Assembly (NCBI GenBank): GCA_017989795.1
Contig: JAGNPC010000001.1
Location: 1 to 35,250 of the forward strand
Source: Paludibacter sp.
GTDB lineage: Bacteria > Bacteroidota > Bacteroidia > Bacteroidales > Paludibacteraceae
Direction of reading: 5' to 3'
DNA length: 35,250 bases
Shown: piece by piece, positions 1 to 9,898 of the stretch
Position numbering within the stretch: the stretch's first letter is position 1
Layout: the number at the start of each line of letters is the position of its first letter
Translations under genes and position numbers: made by a program
The notes under the pieces: generated by a model
Told to the model about the DNA's origin: nothing
Databases searched by the model: none
Seen by the model: the letters and a program-made list of their open reading frames with translations, nothing else

Positions 1-2
1 CA

Positions 3-332
3 CCTCAAGCACTTGGTTTAGTAGGTGTTAATTGGCTATCTAATAAAGTGGATACTACCAATTTAAGCTTTAAAGATGTTGTTAAAGTAATGTCGGTAAC
101 CAATGAGTCGGTAGCAAAAGTGGAAAATAGCTATAAGCCATTTCAAGCTTATCTTTTTTATGGTTATTACCCACTTACTCGTAATGTTTATATTATTTTA
201 AATGATCCTAGAAGTGCACTGCCTTCAGGATTTACCTCTTTTTTAACAGCTCAAATAGGCCAACGTGTTATATTGAAATCGGGCTTGGTTCCAGCTACTC
301 AACCTATAAGGGTTGTTCATGTGAATGATTAA
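3..332 (+). CDS. PstS-like periplasmic substrate-binding protein, C-terminal part (5' truncated by the window)
   Basis: The frame is open from nt 3 (PQALGLVGVNWLSNKVDTTNLSF...). The YPLTRNVYII and GFTSFL..QIGQRVILKSGLVPA segments are typical of the Bacteroidetes PstS-like protein found before a TPR gene. Confidence 0.75.
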   Translation, partial: PQALGLVGVNWLSNKVDTTNLSFKDVVKVMSVTNESVAKVENSYKPFQAYLFYGYYPLTRNVYIILNDPRSALPSGFTSFLTAQIGQRVILKSGLVPATQPIRVVHVND

Positions 333-376
333 TTCGCTCAAAGAATATGTATTTAAATAAAAAAATTAAGATAAAA

Positions 377-1993
377 ATGAAATTTAGAATTTTGCCACTA
401 TTGCTTTTCTGCATCAGCTTTTCTTCCGCTTTTGCAGGTCAAGGTGTTTTGTACTTCAAATCCGGTATTTATGATATAGCTAAAAGTAAGCTTAAACAAG
501 AGTATGCGCTTGAAAATAAAGCTGAAGCTTGCTATTATTTAGGTAATATTTATTTTAATGAAAATAATAAAGATTCAGCTCGCATCTACTTTAACGAAGG
601 CTTAATTGCTAATCCACAATACATGCAGAATAGCGTTGGGCTAATTATGCTTGATATGAATGGTATGGATCCGAAGATATTAACTTCAAAAATTGATGCT
701 ATTCTTAAAAATAAAATAAATAAGAAGAATATTGAATTGCCAATTGCTGTAAGTTATGCTTTTCTCTATAATAACAATATCGAAAAGGCTAATTTTTATC
801 AAAAACTAGCACAAAAAATTAATCCAAAAAGTCCTAATCTTTTTTTGTTAAAGGGTGATATTGTTGCCAGTGCAAATCTAGGTGAAGCTTGTGCTAATTA
901 TGAAACGGCTATTTTGTATGATGCTAACTGCGTTGAAGCTTATTTTAAATATGCCCGTGTTTATAAAAAAATGAATCCAAAGCAAGCTACCGAAAAGTTG
1001 TTGAGCTTGAAAAGCATCAGCCCCGATTTTAAAGTAATAGATCGTGAATTAGGTGATATTTATTATACAACAAATGACTTTGCTAATGCTGCAAAGTACT
1101 ACGAGATGTATTTAAATTCTGGTAGCTCTACAAATGTTGCAGATTTAACAAAATATGCAATGACATTATTTTTAAATCATGATTTTAATAAATCGCTCGA
1201 GGTGGCAAACTTGGGACTTCAAAAGTCAGAGCGTAACCCAGCATTTAATCGTTTAGCAATGTATAATAACGTTGATTTGAAAAATACGGATGCAGCTTTG
1301 AAAGCAGCTGATTCTTTTTTCAATAAATCGGATAAGCCAGATTTTTCTTATCTCGATTTTCGCTATTATGGCCAAGCTTTGAAAGATGCACAGAAATTTG
1401 ATCTCGCCGTTGTTCAATATCAAAAAGCGCTTGAGTACGATGCTACAAAAGTTGAACTTTGGAAAGATTTATCAGATATGTACTCTGAATTGGGAAGCTA
1501 TGCTGATGCTATTTCTACGTATAAAAAATATCAAAGTTCACTGCCTGAAAAGCAACAAGCGTCTGCTGACATTAAAATAGCCTTAGGTAAATTATATTAT
1601 AGCCAGGGTAATGATAGCACGGCTAGCACTGAACTTAAGAAATCGTCACTAATGTCAGCTGATAGCATATTTGCTGCAGTTGCAATTATTGAGCCTGAAG
1701 TTTATAGAGCTAATTTTTGGAGAGCTCGTTCAAATGCTGCACTCGATCCTGAAACATCACTGGGTTTAGCAAAACCATTTTATGAGCAAACTGTTGCCTT
1801 GGTTGCCCCTAAAAATGATCCACGTTTTAATTCTGTATTAGTAGAGTGTTACAGCTATTTAGGCTATTTTACATTGTTGAAAAAAGACTATACCGGCTCA
1901 CTTGAGTATTGGAATAAAATTCTTGTTATCAATCCAGCTAACGCTACAGCACAAAAAGCAATTGCGGGAATTAAGGCACCAAAGAAAAAATAA
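377..1993 (+). CDS. Secreted tetratricopeptide-repeat (TPR) protein
   Basis: Signal-peptide-like N-terminus (MKFRILPLLLFCISFSSAFA) from ATG 377, with an alternative start at 347. Many TPR-like helical repeats (ACYYLGNIYF, ELGDIYY, YYGQAL, ECYSYLGYF). Confidence 0.85.
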   Translation: MKFRILPLLLFCISFSSAFAGQGVLYFKSGIYDIAKSKLKQEYALENKAEACYYLGNIYFNENNKDSARIYFNEGLIANPQYMQNSVGLIMLDMNGMDPKILTSKIDAILKNKINKKNIELPIAVSYAFLYNNNIEKANFYQKLAQKINPKSPNLFLLKGDIVASANLGEACANYETAILYDANCVEAYFKYARVYKKMNPKQATEKLLSLKSISPDFKVIDRELGDIYYTTNDFANAAKYYEMYLNSGSSTNVADLTKYAMTLFLNHDFNKSLEVANLGLQKSERNPAFNRLAMYNNVDLKNTDAALKAADSFFNKSDKPDFSYLDFRYYGQALKDAQKFDLAVVQYQKALEYDATKVELWKDLSDMYSELGSYADAISTYKKYQSSLPEKQQASADIKIALGKLYYSQGNDSTASTELKKSSLMSADSIFAAVAIIEPEVYRANFWRARSNAALDPETSLGLAKPFYEQTVALVAPKNDPRFNSVLVECYSYLGYFTLLKKDYTGSLEYWNKILVINPANATAQKAIAGIKAPKKK

Positions 1994-2019
1994 TCACGCA
2001 TTAATTAATTTCTCTCTAT

Positions 2020-2448
2020 ATGAATAATGTATTCAAAACATTGAACCAGCTGTATTATTTAATTTATACACTTGTTATTCTGTTTACAATAACGGGGTAC
2101 TTTCTCAATATGAATATCGTTATTGATGTTGAACTAAGTGAGATTACACAATATATATTGTTGGGTTTTCACGTTTTTGTAACGTTTTTGGCTTTAGGTA
2201 GTTATATTTATCTTTTGTTGATGACAAATAAATCTAACTCGACTATCTCTTTGCAAGTTAAAATATCGAAGTACCTTAAAATTGCTCAGATTAGATTGGC
2301 GTTAATTGGTATAAGTTTACTACTCGGTGTGGTTCTTTTGTATTTAGTCCGATCCGAGATCGTTCTTTATTCCATTGCTGTATCAGGGCTTTTGTTGCTT
2401 TTTAGTAAACCCAACGAAGCGAGGATTACTAATCTTTTATCAGAGTAA
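2020..2448 (+). CDS. Hypothetical integral membrane protein (about 4 TM helices)
   Basis: 142-aa ORF with four hydrophobic stretches, tightly packed between the TPR gene and kup. Confidence 0.7.
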   Translation: MNNVFKTLNQLYYLIYTLVILFTITGYFLNMNIVIDVELSEITQYILLGFHVFVTFLALGSYIYLLLMTNKSNSTISLQVKISKYLKIAQIRLALIGISLLLGVVLLYLVRSEIVLYSIAVSGLLLLFSKPNEARITNLLSE

Positions 2449-2458
2449 TTTTAGATAC

Positions 2459-4414
2459 ATGTCAAAATCTATTTCTGCTCATCATAACAAGGCCTTTACA
2501 CTCGTAGGGGCCATTGTTACATTAGGGATTGTGTTTGGTGATATTGGAACATCGCCTTTGTATGTAATGAAAGCAATTCTTGGTGCTAATACCTTAATAG
2601 ATGCCAATTATATTTTGGGTGCTATTTCGTGTATTTTTTGGACATTAACGCTTCAAACTACAGTTAAGTATGTACTTATTACATTAAGAGCTGACAATAA
2701 AGGTGAAGGTGGAATATTAGCACTTTACGCTCTTATCAGAAAAAATAAAAATAAATGGCTGTATGTGGTTGCCATTTTGGGGGCTAGTACGCTTATTGCT
2801 GATGGTATCATAACACCAGCTATTACAGTGGTTTCGGCCATAGAAGGCCTTCAGGGCTTATTTGTCGACACGCCAGTAGTTCCAATTAGTATTGGTATTA
2901 TTACAGCTTTATTTTTCATACAACAATTTGGTACAAACGTTATTGGTAAATCTTTTGGTCCAATTATGTTTGTGTGGTTTCTCGTTCTTGGTATTTTAGG
3001 CTTGCTTCAAATTATCGAATTTCCGCAAATACTTAAAGCGCTTAATCCATATTATGCTATAAATCTTTTGGTTCATTTTCCAAATTGGTTTTTGATTTTG
3101 GGTGCTGTATTTTTGTGTACTACAGGTGCCGAGGCATTGTATTCAGATTTGGGGCATTGTGGTATTCGCAATATTCAAATTAGTTGGATTTTTGTTAAAG
3201 TGGCTTTGGTGCTAAACTATTTAGGTCAGGGTGCTTGGATTTTGACACATATCTCTAGTGTTTCGGCTGTTACGAATCCGTTTTATGCTATGATGCCAAC
3301 AAGCTTTTTGCCTGTAGGTGTGGCGCTGGCTACTGCCGCAGCTGTTATAGCCAGTCAGGCTTTGATTAGTGGTTCCTACACCATTTTTAGTGAGGCTATG
3401 AGCTTGAATTTTTGGCCACGCCAGTTAGTGAAATATCCTACAAAGCTCAAAGGGCAAATGTATATCCCATTTGTTAATGGATTTTTATTTGTTTTTTGTG
3501 TGTTGATGGTGTTGGTTTTTCAAAGTTCATCGCGTATGGAAGCGGCTTATGGTTTGTCCATTACCATCACTATGTTAATGACTACGCTTTTGCTTACCTT
3601 CTATTTGAAAAAACAGCGGATTAAACTCTATTTTGTTATTCCGTTTATAAGTGTTTTCTTGCTTATCGAACTCTCGTTCTTTACAGCTAATATGTTTAAG
3701 TTTTTACATGGTGGTTGGGTAACTGTTGTTTTAGCCGGTTGTATCGCCGTTGTTATGTTGGTTTGGTTCAATGCTCGTCGTATTAAGAATAGACACATGC
3801 AATTTGTGAAAGTAGAACCATATTATGCCACCCTTATTGATTTAAAGTCAGATGTTACGATTCCAAAATATGCAACTAATCTGGTGTATATTAGTAAAGC
3901 AAATCTTACACAAGAAATTGAAAATAAAATAATTTATTCAATTTTAAACAAACAACCAAAGCGAGCCGATTGCTATTGGTTTTTGCATATTGATTTAATG
4001 GATGACCCCAATGCTTTTGAGTATACCTTTGATCAATTAGTTCCTGGCGTATTGCACCGAGTAAATTTACGGGTAGGTTTTAAAATTCAACCCATGATAA
4101 ATATTTATTTCCGTCAAATAATTGATGAGCTTGTAGCTAACAATGAATTTGATTTGCAAAGTAATTATCCATCATTGCGTAAACATCATATCAATGCTGA
4201 TTTTAGATTCATCCTTATTCATCGTGTGTTTACACTCAATCAAATTAATAATTTTGGTGAAAAAGTTTCGATGTATATTTATAATATAGTTAAGCATATT
4301 GGTATTAGCGATTTGAGGGCTTATAACCTAGAAACTAGCAATGTGGTTGTTGAGTCTGTTCCGTTAATTGTAGATACTAGCTGTAAACTGAAAATTAAAC
4401 GCGTACTAGAATAG
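2459..4414 (+). CDS. kup: KUP/HAK/KT family potassium transporter
   Basis: Signature motifs GIVFGDIGTSPLY, ADNKGEGGILALY, GAEALYSDLGH and AAYGLSIT. The likely start is ATG 2459 (MSKSIS), just after the upstream stop. Confidence 0.95.
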   Translation: MSKSISAHHNKAFTLVGAIVTLGIVFGDIGTSPLYVMKAILGANTLIDANYILGAISCIFWTLTLQTTVKYVLITLRADNKGEGGILALYALIRKNKNKWLYVVAILGASTLIADGIITPAITVVSAIEGLQGLFVDTPVVPISIGIITALFFIQQFGTNVIGKSFGPIMFVWFLVLGILGLLQIIEFPQILKALNPYYAINLLVHFPNWFLILGAVFLCTTGAEALYSDLGHCGIRNIQISWIFVKVALVLNYLGQGAWILTHISSVSAVTNPFYAMMPTSFLPVGVALATAAAVIASQALISGSYTIFSEAMSLNFWPRQLVKYPTKLKGQMYIPFVNGFLFVFCVLMVLVFQSSSRMEAAYGLSITITMLMTTLLLTFYLKKQRIKLYFVIPFISVFLLIELSFFTANMFKFLHGGWVTVVLAGCIAVVMLVWFNARRIKNRHMQFVKVEPYYATLIDLKSDVTIPKYATNLVYISKANLTQEIENKIIYSILNKQPKRADCYWFLHIDLMDDPNAFEYTFDQLVPGVLHRVNLRVGFKIQPMINIYFRQIIDELVANNEFDLQSNYPSLRKHHINADFRFILIHRVFTLNQINNFGEKVSMYIYNIVKHIGISDLRAYNLETSNVVVESVPLIVDTSCKLKIKRVLE

Positions 4415-4487
4415 TATTAGTATACTTAAATAAGCTCATATTTTTTAGTATATTTACGCCCGATTGTTTAATATTAAATTTTAAAAA

Positions 4488-4664
4488 ATGGAATTAAAGG
4501 AAAAAGTATTTGAAGCAATGAAATCAGCAGGCGTTCCCCTCAATGCTGGTAAAATTGTGGAGCTTACAGGGCTCGATCGGAAAGAAGTGGATAAAGCTAT
4601 GAAATTGCTCAAAGCCGAAGCCGCAATTGTATCGCCCAAAATGTGTTATTGGCAGCCTAAATAA
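4488..4664 (+). CDS. Small 58-aa winged helix-turn-helix protein (not in the ORF track)
   Basis: Translates as [58 protein letters not shown]. It has an A-rich translation initiation region, an HTH-like amphipathic pattern and its own downstream terminator. Confidence 0.85.
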   Translation: MELKEKVFEAMKSAGVPLNAGKIVELTGLDRKEVDKAMKLLKAEAAIVSPKMCYWQPK

Positions 4665-4682
4665 TTACGTTTGTATGCTGCG

Positions 4683-4718
4683 AAAAACCGTCAATTTTAC
4701 TAGTTGGTGGTTTTTTTT
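4683..4718 (+). terminator. Rho-independent terminator after the small HTH gene
   Basis: Stem AAAAACCGTCAA / TTGGTGGTTTTT (with G-U pairs) ending in a T8 run. Confidence 0.7.
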
Positions 4719-4784
4719 GTGCCGTTCTCTTGGCCTCCTTTCTGTCAATGATTTATATCTTTTAAAATATTTCAAAAAAGCATG

Positions 4785-4814
4785 TTGTAGGTAAAAATTA
4801 AATTCGTATCTTTG
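4785..4814 (+). promoter_or_regulatory. Bacteroidetes sigma-A promoter for the str/S10 cluster
   Basis: -7 box TATCTTTG at 4807-4814 (consensus TAnnTTTG), with TTG about 20 nt upstream. Confidence 0.8.
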
Positions 4815-4882
4815 CAGCCCGTTTTGGAATATTCTAAGACGGCAGAAAATTAAGTAGTTAAAGTTATTAAAACAAAAGAAAG

Positions 4883-5302
4883 ATGCCTACAATTCAACAA
4901 TTAGTTAGAAAAGGAAGAGCAGAACTCATCGACAAGAGCAAATCGCCTGCTTTGGATTCATGTCCACAGCGTCGCGGTGTGTGCGTTCGTGTGTACACTA
5001 CCACTCCTAAAAAACCTAACTCGGCTATGCGTAAAGTTGCCCGTGTACGTTTAACTAACCAGAAAGAAGTAAATGCTTACATTCCTGGTGAAGGTCATAA
5101 CTTACAAGAGCACTCAATCGTAATGGTACGTGGTGGTCGTGTAAAAGATCTTCCAGGGGTGCGTTATCACGTTGTACGTGGTACATTAGATACTGCCGGA
5201 GTTAATGGTCGTACACAACGTCGCTCTAAATACGGAGCTAAACGTCCTAAACCAGGACAACCAGCTGCTAAAGGTGCACCTGTAAAAGGTAAAAAGAAAT
5301 AA
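4883..5302 (+). CDS. rpsL: 30S ribosomal protein S12
   Basis: [25 protein letters not shown] and [12 protein letters not shown] motifs, plus a Pro/Ala/Lys C-terminal tail. Confidence 0.99.
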   Translation: MPTIQQLVRKGRAELIDKSKSPALDSCPQRRGVCVRVYTTTPKKPNSAMRKVARVRLTNQKEVNAYIPGEGHNLQEHSIVMVRGGRVKDLPGVRYHVVRGTLDTAGVNGRTQRRSKYGAKRPKPGQPAAKGAPVKGKKK

Positions 5303-5419
5303 GCTGAAAGGCCAATTCTTTTGCCGTTAATCTGAGAAGATTAACATTCTCTTTTCTAAAACAAACAAACAAAATTTCAAGTTTAAAAACTTGTTTGAGT
5401 TTCAAAGGTAGCAGATGAA

Positions 5420-5468
5420 GGTTGAGTAAATGACTCGGAGGAGTCGTTGAAGCAAAACTACAGCAACC
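5420..5468 (+). promoter_or_regulatory. Candidate structured S7-binding leader (16S h43 mimic) upstream of rpsG
   Basis: GGTTG/CAACC closing stem enclosing AGTAA-[ATGACTC-GGAG-GAGTCGT]-TGAAG. Confidence 0.55.
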
Positions 5469-5497
5469 AAAAAACAAAAACGCAATTATTATTAAAG

Positions 5498-5974
5498 ATG
5501 AGAAAATCGAAACCAAAGAAACGGGTTATCCTTCCAGATCCTGTTTTTAACGATTCGGTGGTTACAAAATTTGTAAACCACTTAATGTACGATGGCAAAA
5601 AATCTACTGCCTTCGACATTTTTTACTCTGCACTCGAAGTTGTGAAAAACAAACTTCCGAATGAAGAAAAAACTCCTCTCGATATTTGGAAAAAAGCCAT
5701 CGAAAACATTACTCCACTTGTGGAAGTAAAGTCTCGTCGTGTAGGTGGTGCTACTTTCCAAGTTCCAACTGAGATTCGTGCTGATCGCAAAGAATCTATC
5801 TCAATGAAAAATCTTATTTTATATTCGCGCAAGCGTGGTGGACGTTCAATGGCTGATAAATTGGCTGCTGAAATCGTTGATGCATTCAACAATCAAGGTG
5901 GTGCATTTAAACGTAAAGAAGACATTCACCGTATGGCTGATGCTAACCGCGCGTTTGCTCATTTCAGATTTTAA
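5498..5974 (+). CDS. rpsG: 30S ribosomal protein S7
   Basis: [30 protein letters not shown] and [10 protein letters not shown] motifs. The true start is ATG 5498. Confidence 0.99.
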   Translation: MRKSKPKKRVILPDPVFNDSVVTKFVNHLMYDGKKSTAFDIFYSALEVVKNKLPNEEKTPLDIWKKAIENITPLVEVKSRRVGGATFQVPTEIRADRKESISMKNLILYSRKRGGRSMADKLAAEIVDAFNNQGGAFKRKEDIHRMADANRAFAHFRF

Positions 5975-6008
5975 TTGAATTATTATCCAATAAAAATTAA
6001 AAAATAAA

Positions 6009-8126
6009 ATGGCTAAAGGTGATTTAAGTTATAATAGAAACATCGGTATCATGGCGCACATCGATGCTGGTAAAACAACTACGTCTGAACGTATTTTGTT
6101 TTATACAGGTTTGACCCACAAAATTGGTGAGGTTCACGATGGTGCAGCAACTATGGACTGGATGGAACAGGAGCAGGAGCGTGGTATTACCATTACTTCG
6201 GCTGCTACAACAACTCGTTGGAAGTATTTAGGTGAAGAATATAAAATCAATCTTATTGATACTCCAGGACACGTTGACTTTACTGTTGAGGTAGAACGCT
6301 CATTGCGTATTCTTGACGGTGCTGTAGCTACTTTCTGTGCTGTTGGTGGTGTTGAGCCTCAATCAGAAACAGTGTGGCGTCAGGCTGATAAGTATAATGT
6401 GCCACGTATATGCTACGTAAACAAGATGGACCGTTCTGGTGCTGATTTTTACGAAGTAGTACGTCAGGTTAAAGATGTATTAGGCGCTAAACCATGTCCT
6501 ATTCAAATTCCAATTGGAGCTGAAGAGAAATTTAAAGGTGTTATCGACTTAGTGCAAATGAAAGCTATTCTTTGGCATGATGAAACAATGGGTGCAGAAT
6601 ATTCTGTTGAAGAAATTCCTGCTGATCTATTAGAAGAAGCCGAAGAATGGAGAGAAAAAATGCTTGAAGTAATAGCTGAATATGATGATGTATTGATGGA
6701 GAAATTCTTCGATGATCCTGCTACTATTACTGTCGAAGAAGTTAAGGTTGCTGTGCGTAAAGCTACACTTTCAATGGAAATTAATCCTATGATTTGTGGT
6801 TCTTCGTTCAAGAATAAAGGTGTGCAAACTATGCTTGATGCTGTTTGTGCCTACCTTCCAAGTCCAATAGATACTCCTGAGACTATCGGACACGATCCAA
6901 ATGATCCCGAAAAAGAGTTAATTCGTCACCCAAATGCAAATGAACCATTGTGTGCTTTGGCATTTAAGATTGCAACTGACCCTTATATAGGACGTTTGTG
7001 TTTCTTCCGTGTATACTCAGGTGTACTTCCTGCTGGTTCATATGTTTACAATACTCGTTCTGGTAAAAAGGAACGTATTTCACGTATTTTCCAAATGCAC
7101 TCAAACAAACAAAATCCTGTTGAGTTAATTTCAGCTGGTGATATTGGTGCAGGTGTAGGATTTAAAGATATTCGTACTGGTGATACTTTGTGTGACGAAG
7201 CGCATCAAATTACTTTGGAATCTATGGATTTCCCAGCTCCAGTAATCGGTATCTCTATTGAGCCTAAAACTCAAAAAGATCTTGATAAATTAGGTATGGG
7301 ATTAGCTAAGTTAGCTGAAGAGGATCCAACATTTACAGTTCACACACAAGAGCAATCGGGTCAAACTATTATTAGTGGTATGGGTGAGCTTCACCTCGAA
7401 ATCATTATCGATCGCTTGAAACGTGAGTTCAAAGTTGAATGTAACCAAGGTCGTCCACAGGTATCTTACAAAGAGGCTATTACTAAATCTGTTGAACTTC
7501 GTGAAGTGTACAAAAAACAATCGGGTGGTCGTGGTAAATTTGCCGATATGATCGTTCGTGTTGAACCAGCTGATGCTGATTTTGATGGTACTTTACAGTT
7601 TATCGATGTAATTAAAGGTGGTAATATTCCTAAAGAGTATGTTCCATCTATTCAAAAAGGATTCCTTGCTGCCATGAAAAATGGTGTATTAGCTGGATTC
7701 CCTATGGATAAATTGAAAGTAACTGTTATCGACGGTTCATATCACGCGGTTGACTCGGATCAATTATCATTCGAAATTTGTGCTCAAATGGCTTACAAAG
7801 CTGCATGTGCCAAAGCTCGCCCAGTTCTTTTGGAGCCTATCATGAAAATGGAAGTTGTAACTCCTGAAGAAAACATGGGTGATGTAATTGGTGACTTGAA
7901 CAAACGTCGTGGTCAAGTTGAAGGTATGGATACAAGCCGTTCAGGTGCACGTATTGTAAAAGCAAAAGTTCCACTAGCTGAAACTTTTGGTTATGTAACT
8001 ACATTGCGTACTATCTCTTCTGGTCGTGCAACTTCTTCAATGGAATTTGATCACTATGCTGAAGTAACTTCATCAATTGCGAAAGAAGTAGTAGCTGAAG
8101 CGAAAGGTAATACTGATCTTTTGTAA
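6009..8126 (+). CDS. fusA: Elongation factor G
   Basis: [35 protein letters not shown] and GMGELHL motifs. Confidence 0.99.
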   Translation: MAKGDLSYNRNIGIMAHIDAGKTTTSERILFYTGLTHKIGEVHDGAATMDWMEQEQERGITITSAATTTRWKYLGEEYKINLIDTPGHVDFTVEVERSLRILDGAVATFCAVGGVEPQSETVWRQADKYNVPRICYVNKMDRSGADFYEVVRQVKDVLGAKPCPIQIPIGAEEKFKGVIDLVQMKAILWHDETMGAEYSVEEIPADLLEEAEEWREKMLEVIAEYDDVLMEKFFDDPATITVEEVKVAVRKATLSMEINPMICGSSFKNKGVQTMLDAVCAYLPSPIDTPETIGHDPNDPEKELIRHPNANEPLCALAFKIATDPYIGRLCFFRVYSGVLPAGSYVYNTRSGKKERISRIFQMHSNKQNPVELISAGDIGAGVGFKDIRTGDTLCDEAHQITLESMDFPAPVIGISIEPKTQKDLDKLGMGLAKLAEEDPTFTVHTQEQSGQTIISGMGELHLEIIIDRLKREFKVECNQGRPQVSYKEAITKSVELREVYKKQSGGRGKFADMIVRVEPADADFDGTLQFIDVIKGGNIPKEYVPSIQKGFLAAMKNGVLAGFPMDKLKVTVIDGSYHAVDSDQLSFEICAQMAYKAACAKARPVLLEPIMKMEVVTPEENMGDVIGDLNKRRGQVEGMDTSRSGARIVKAKVPLAETFGYVTTLRTISSGRATSSMEFDHYAEVTSSIAKEVVAEAKGNTDLL

Positions 8127-8245
8127 TAATATATTTCAGTAAACAGTAGTTGCTTTAGCAGCTACTGGGTGCTGATTTAATATAAATTGGGTAGTGAATG
8201 ACTCTTACCCGATTAAAACAACAATTTTATAATTTAATAACAGAC

Positions 8246-8551
8246 ATGAGTCAAAAAATTCGTATCAAATTAAAATCTTACGATCACAATTTGGTTGACA
8301 AATCAGCCGAAAAAATCGTAAAAACAGTAAAAGCTACTGGTGCTGTAGTAAGCGGACCAATTCCACTTCCAACTCACAAACGTATTTTTACTGTTAACCG
8401 TGCTACTTTCGTTAACAAAAAGTCACGTGAACAATTCGAGCTTTCTTCTTATAAACGTCTTATCGACATTTATAATTCTTCAGCTAAAACTGTAGATGCA
8501 TTGATGAAACTTGAATTACCGAGTGGAGTTGAAGTAGAAATCAAAGTGTGA
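8246..8551 (+). CDS. rpsJ: 30S ribosomal protein S10
   Basis: [20 protein letters not shown] and SREQFE motifs. The true start is ATG 8246. Confidence 0.99.
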   Translation: MSQKIRIKLKSYDHNLVDKSAEKIVKTVKATGAVVSGPIPLPTHKRIFTVNRATFVNKKSREQFELSSYKRLIDIYNSSAKTVDALMKLELPSGVEVEIKV

Positions 8552-8648
8552 TTACTTACCTCTTAAGGAGGTTATTAAATCAAATAATTATTTTTTATAA
8601 ACAAAGCCGATCCCCCAATTTCAGGGGTTAGGGGTAATATTAATTGAA

Positions 8649-9266
8649 ATGCCAGGATTATTAGGAAAAAAAATCGGAATGACATCCGTTTTCAGTGCCG
8701 ATGGTAAAAATGTGCCATGTACTGTTATCGAAGCTGGTCCTTGTTTTGTTACTCAAATTAAAACTGTTGACAGTGATGGTTATGAGGCAGTTCAAGTTGG
8801 ATTTCAGTCTAAAACTGAAAAACACACGAACAAAGCTGAAGCTGGTCACTTTAAAGCAGCAGGAGTAACTGCTCAAAGACACTTGGTTGAGTTCAAAGGA
8901 TTCGAAACTGAATTCAAATTAGGTGATTCAATCACCGTAGAAATGTTTGAAGAAAACACATTTGTGGATGTTGTTGGAACTTCAAAAGGTAAAGGTTTTC
9001 AAGGCGTTGTTAAACGTCATGGATTTGGCGGGGTAGGTCAAGCTACACACGGTCAGCACAATCGTTTACGTGCTCCGGGTTCGTTAGGCGCTTCTTCGTA
9101 TCCTTCACGCGTATTTAAAGGTATGCGAATGGGTGGACGCACTGGTGGTGATCAAATTACTATGCAAAACCTTCAGATATTAAAAGTAATTCCAGAACAC
9201 AACTTGATTCTTATCAAAGGTTCGGTTCCGGGTGCTAAAGGTTCAATCGTAATCATTAATAAATAA
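8649..9266 (+). CDS. rplC: 50S ribosomal protein L3
   Basis: GKKIGMT and [15 protein letters not shown] motifs. Confidence 0.99.
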   Translation: MPGLLGKKIGMTSVFSADGKNVPCTVIEAGPCFVTQIKTVDSDGYEAVQVGFQSKTEKHTNKAEAGHFKAAGVTAQRHLVEFKGFETEFKLGDSITVEMFEENTFVDVVGTSKGKGFQGVVKRHGFGGVGQATHGQHNRLRAPGSLGASSYPSRVFKGMRMGGRTGGDQITMQNLQILKVIPEHNLILIKGSVPGAKGSIVIINK

Positions 9267-9268
9267 TC

Positions 9269-9898
9269 ATGGAACTGAAAGTAGTAAATATTAAAGGAGA
9301 AGACACTGGTAAAGTAGTATCGTTAAACGATGCAGTCTTCGGTATTGAGCCAAACGACCATGCTATTTATTTAGATGTGAAACAATACTTGGCTAACCAA
9401 CGTCAGGGAACTCACTCATCAAAAGGTAGAAGTCAATTATCGGGTAGTACTCGTAAATTAGGTAAACAAAAAGGTGGTGGTGGAGCTCGTCCTGGTGATA
9501 TCAAATCAGGTGTTCGTGTAGGTGGTGGACGTATGTTCGGTCCTACTCCACGTGATTATAGCTTCAAGCTAAACAAAAAAGTGAAGCAACTAGCTCGTAA
9601 ATCGGCATTGTCGTACAAAGCTGTTAATAACTTAATTACAGTTGTCGATACATTGGATTTCGCAGTTCCTAAAACTAAAGAATTCATAGCAATTGCTAAA
9701 AATTTACAGGTAGTTGATAAAAAACCGTTAATTGTTTTAGCTGCTGCAAATAAAAACGTATATTTGTCGGCTCGAAATTTAACGAGTGTTAACGTTATAA
9801 CTGTTTCAGAATTAAACACTTACTCTGTGCTAAATGCTAAGACTTTGGTGTTGACTGTTGACTCGGTAGCTGCTATTGAACAAATTTTTAACGCATAA
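9269..9898 (+). CDS. rplD: 50S ribosomal protein L4
   Basis: [19 protein letters not shown] and GGGRMFGP motifs. Confidence 0.99.
   Translation: MELKVVNIKGEDTGKVVSLNDAVFGIEPNDHAIYLDVKQYLANQRQGTHSSKGRSQLSGSTRKLGKQKGGGGARPGDIKSGVRVGGGRMFGPTPRDYSFKLNKKVKQLARKSALSYKAVNNLITVVDTLDFAVPKTKEFIAIAKNLQVVDKKPLIVLAAANKNVYLSARNLTSVNVITVSELNTYSVLNAKTLVLTVDSVAAIEQIFNA

Noticed and set aside
5268-5516. 82-aa antisense ORF across the rpsL-rpsG spacer
   Set aside because: It has no recognisable motif and overlaps both ribosomal genes, so it is likely a chance ORF.
5447-8245. N-terminal extensions on S7 (from 5447) and S10 (from 8198), and likewise on Kup, IstA and IstB
   Set aside because: These are artefacts of longest-ORF calling. 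The conserved N-termini begin at downstream ATGs.
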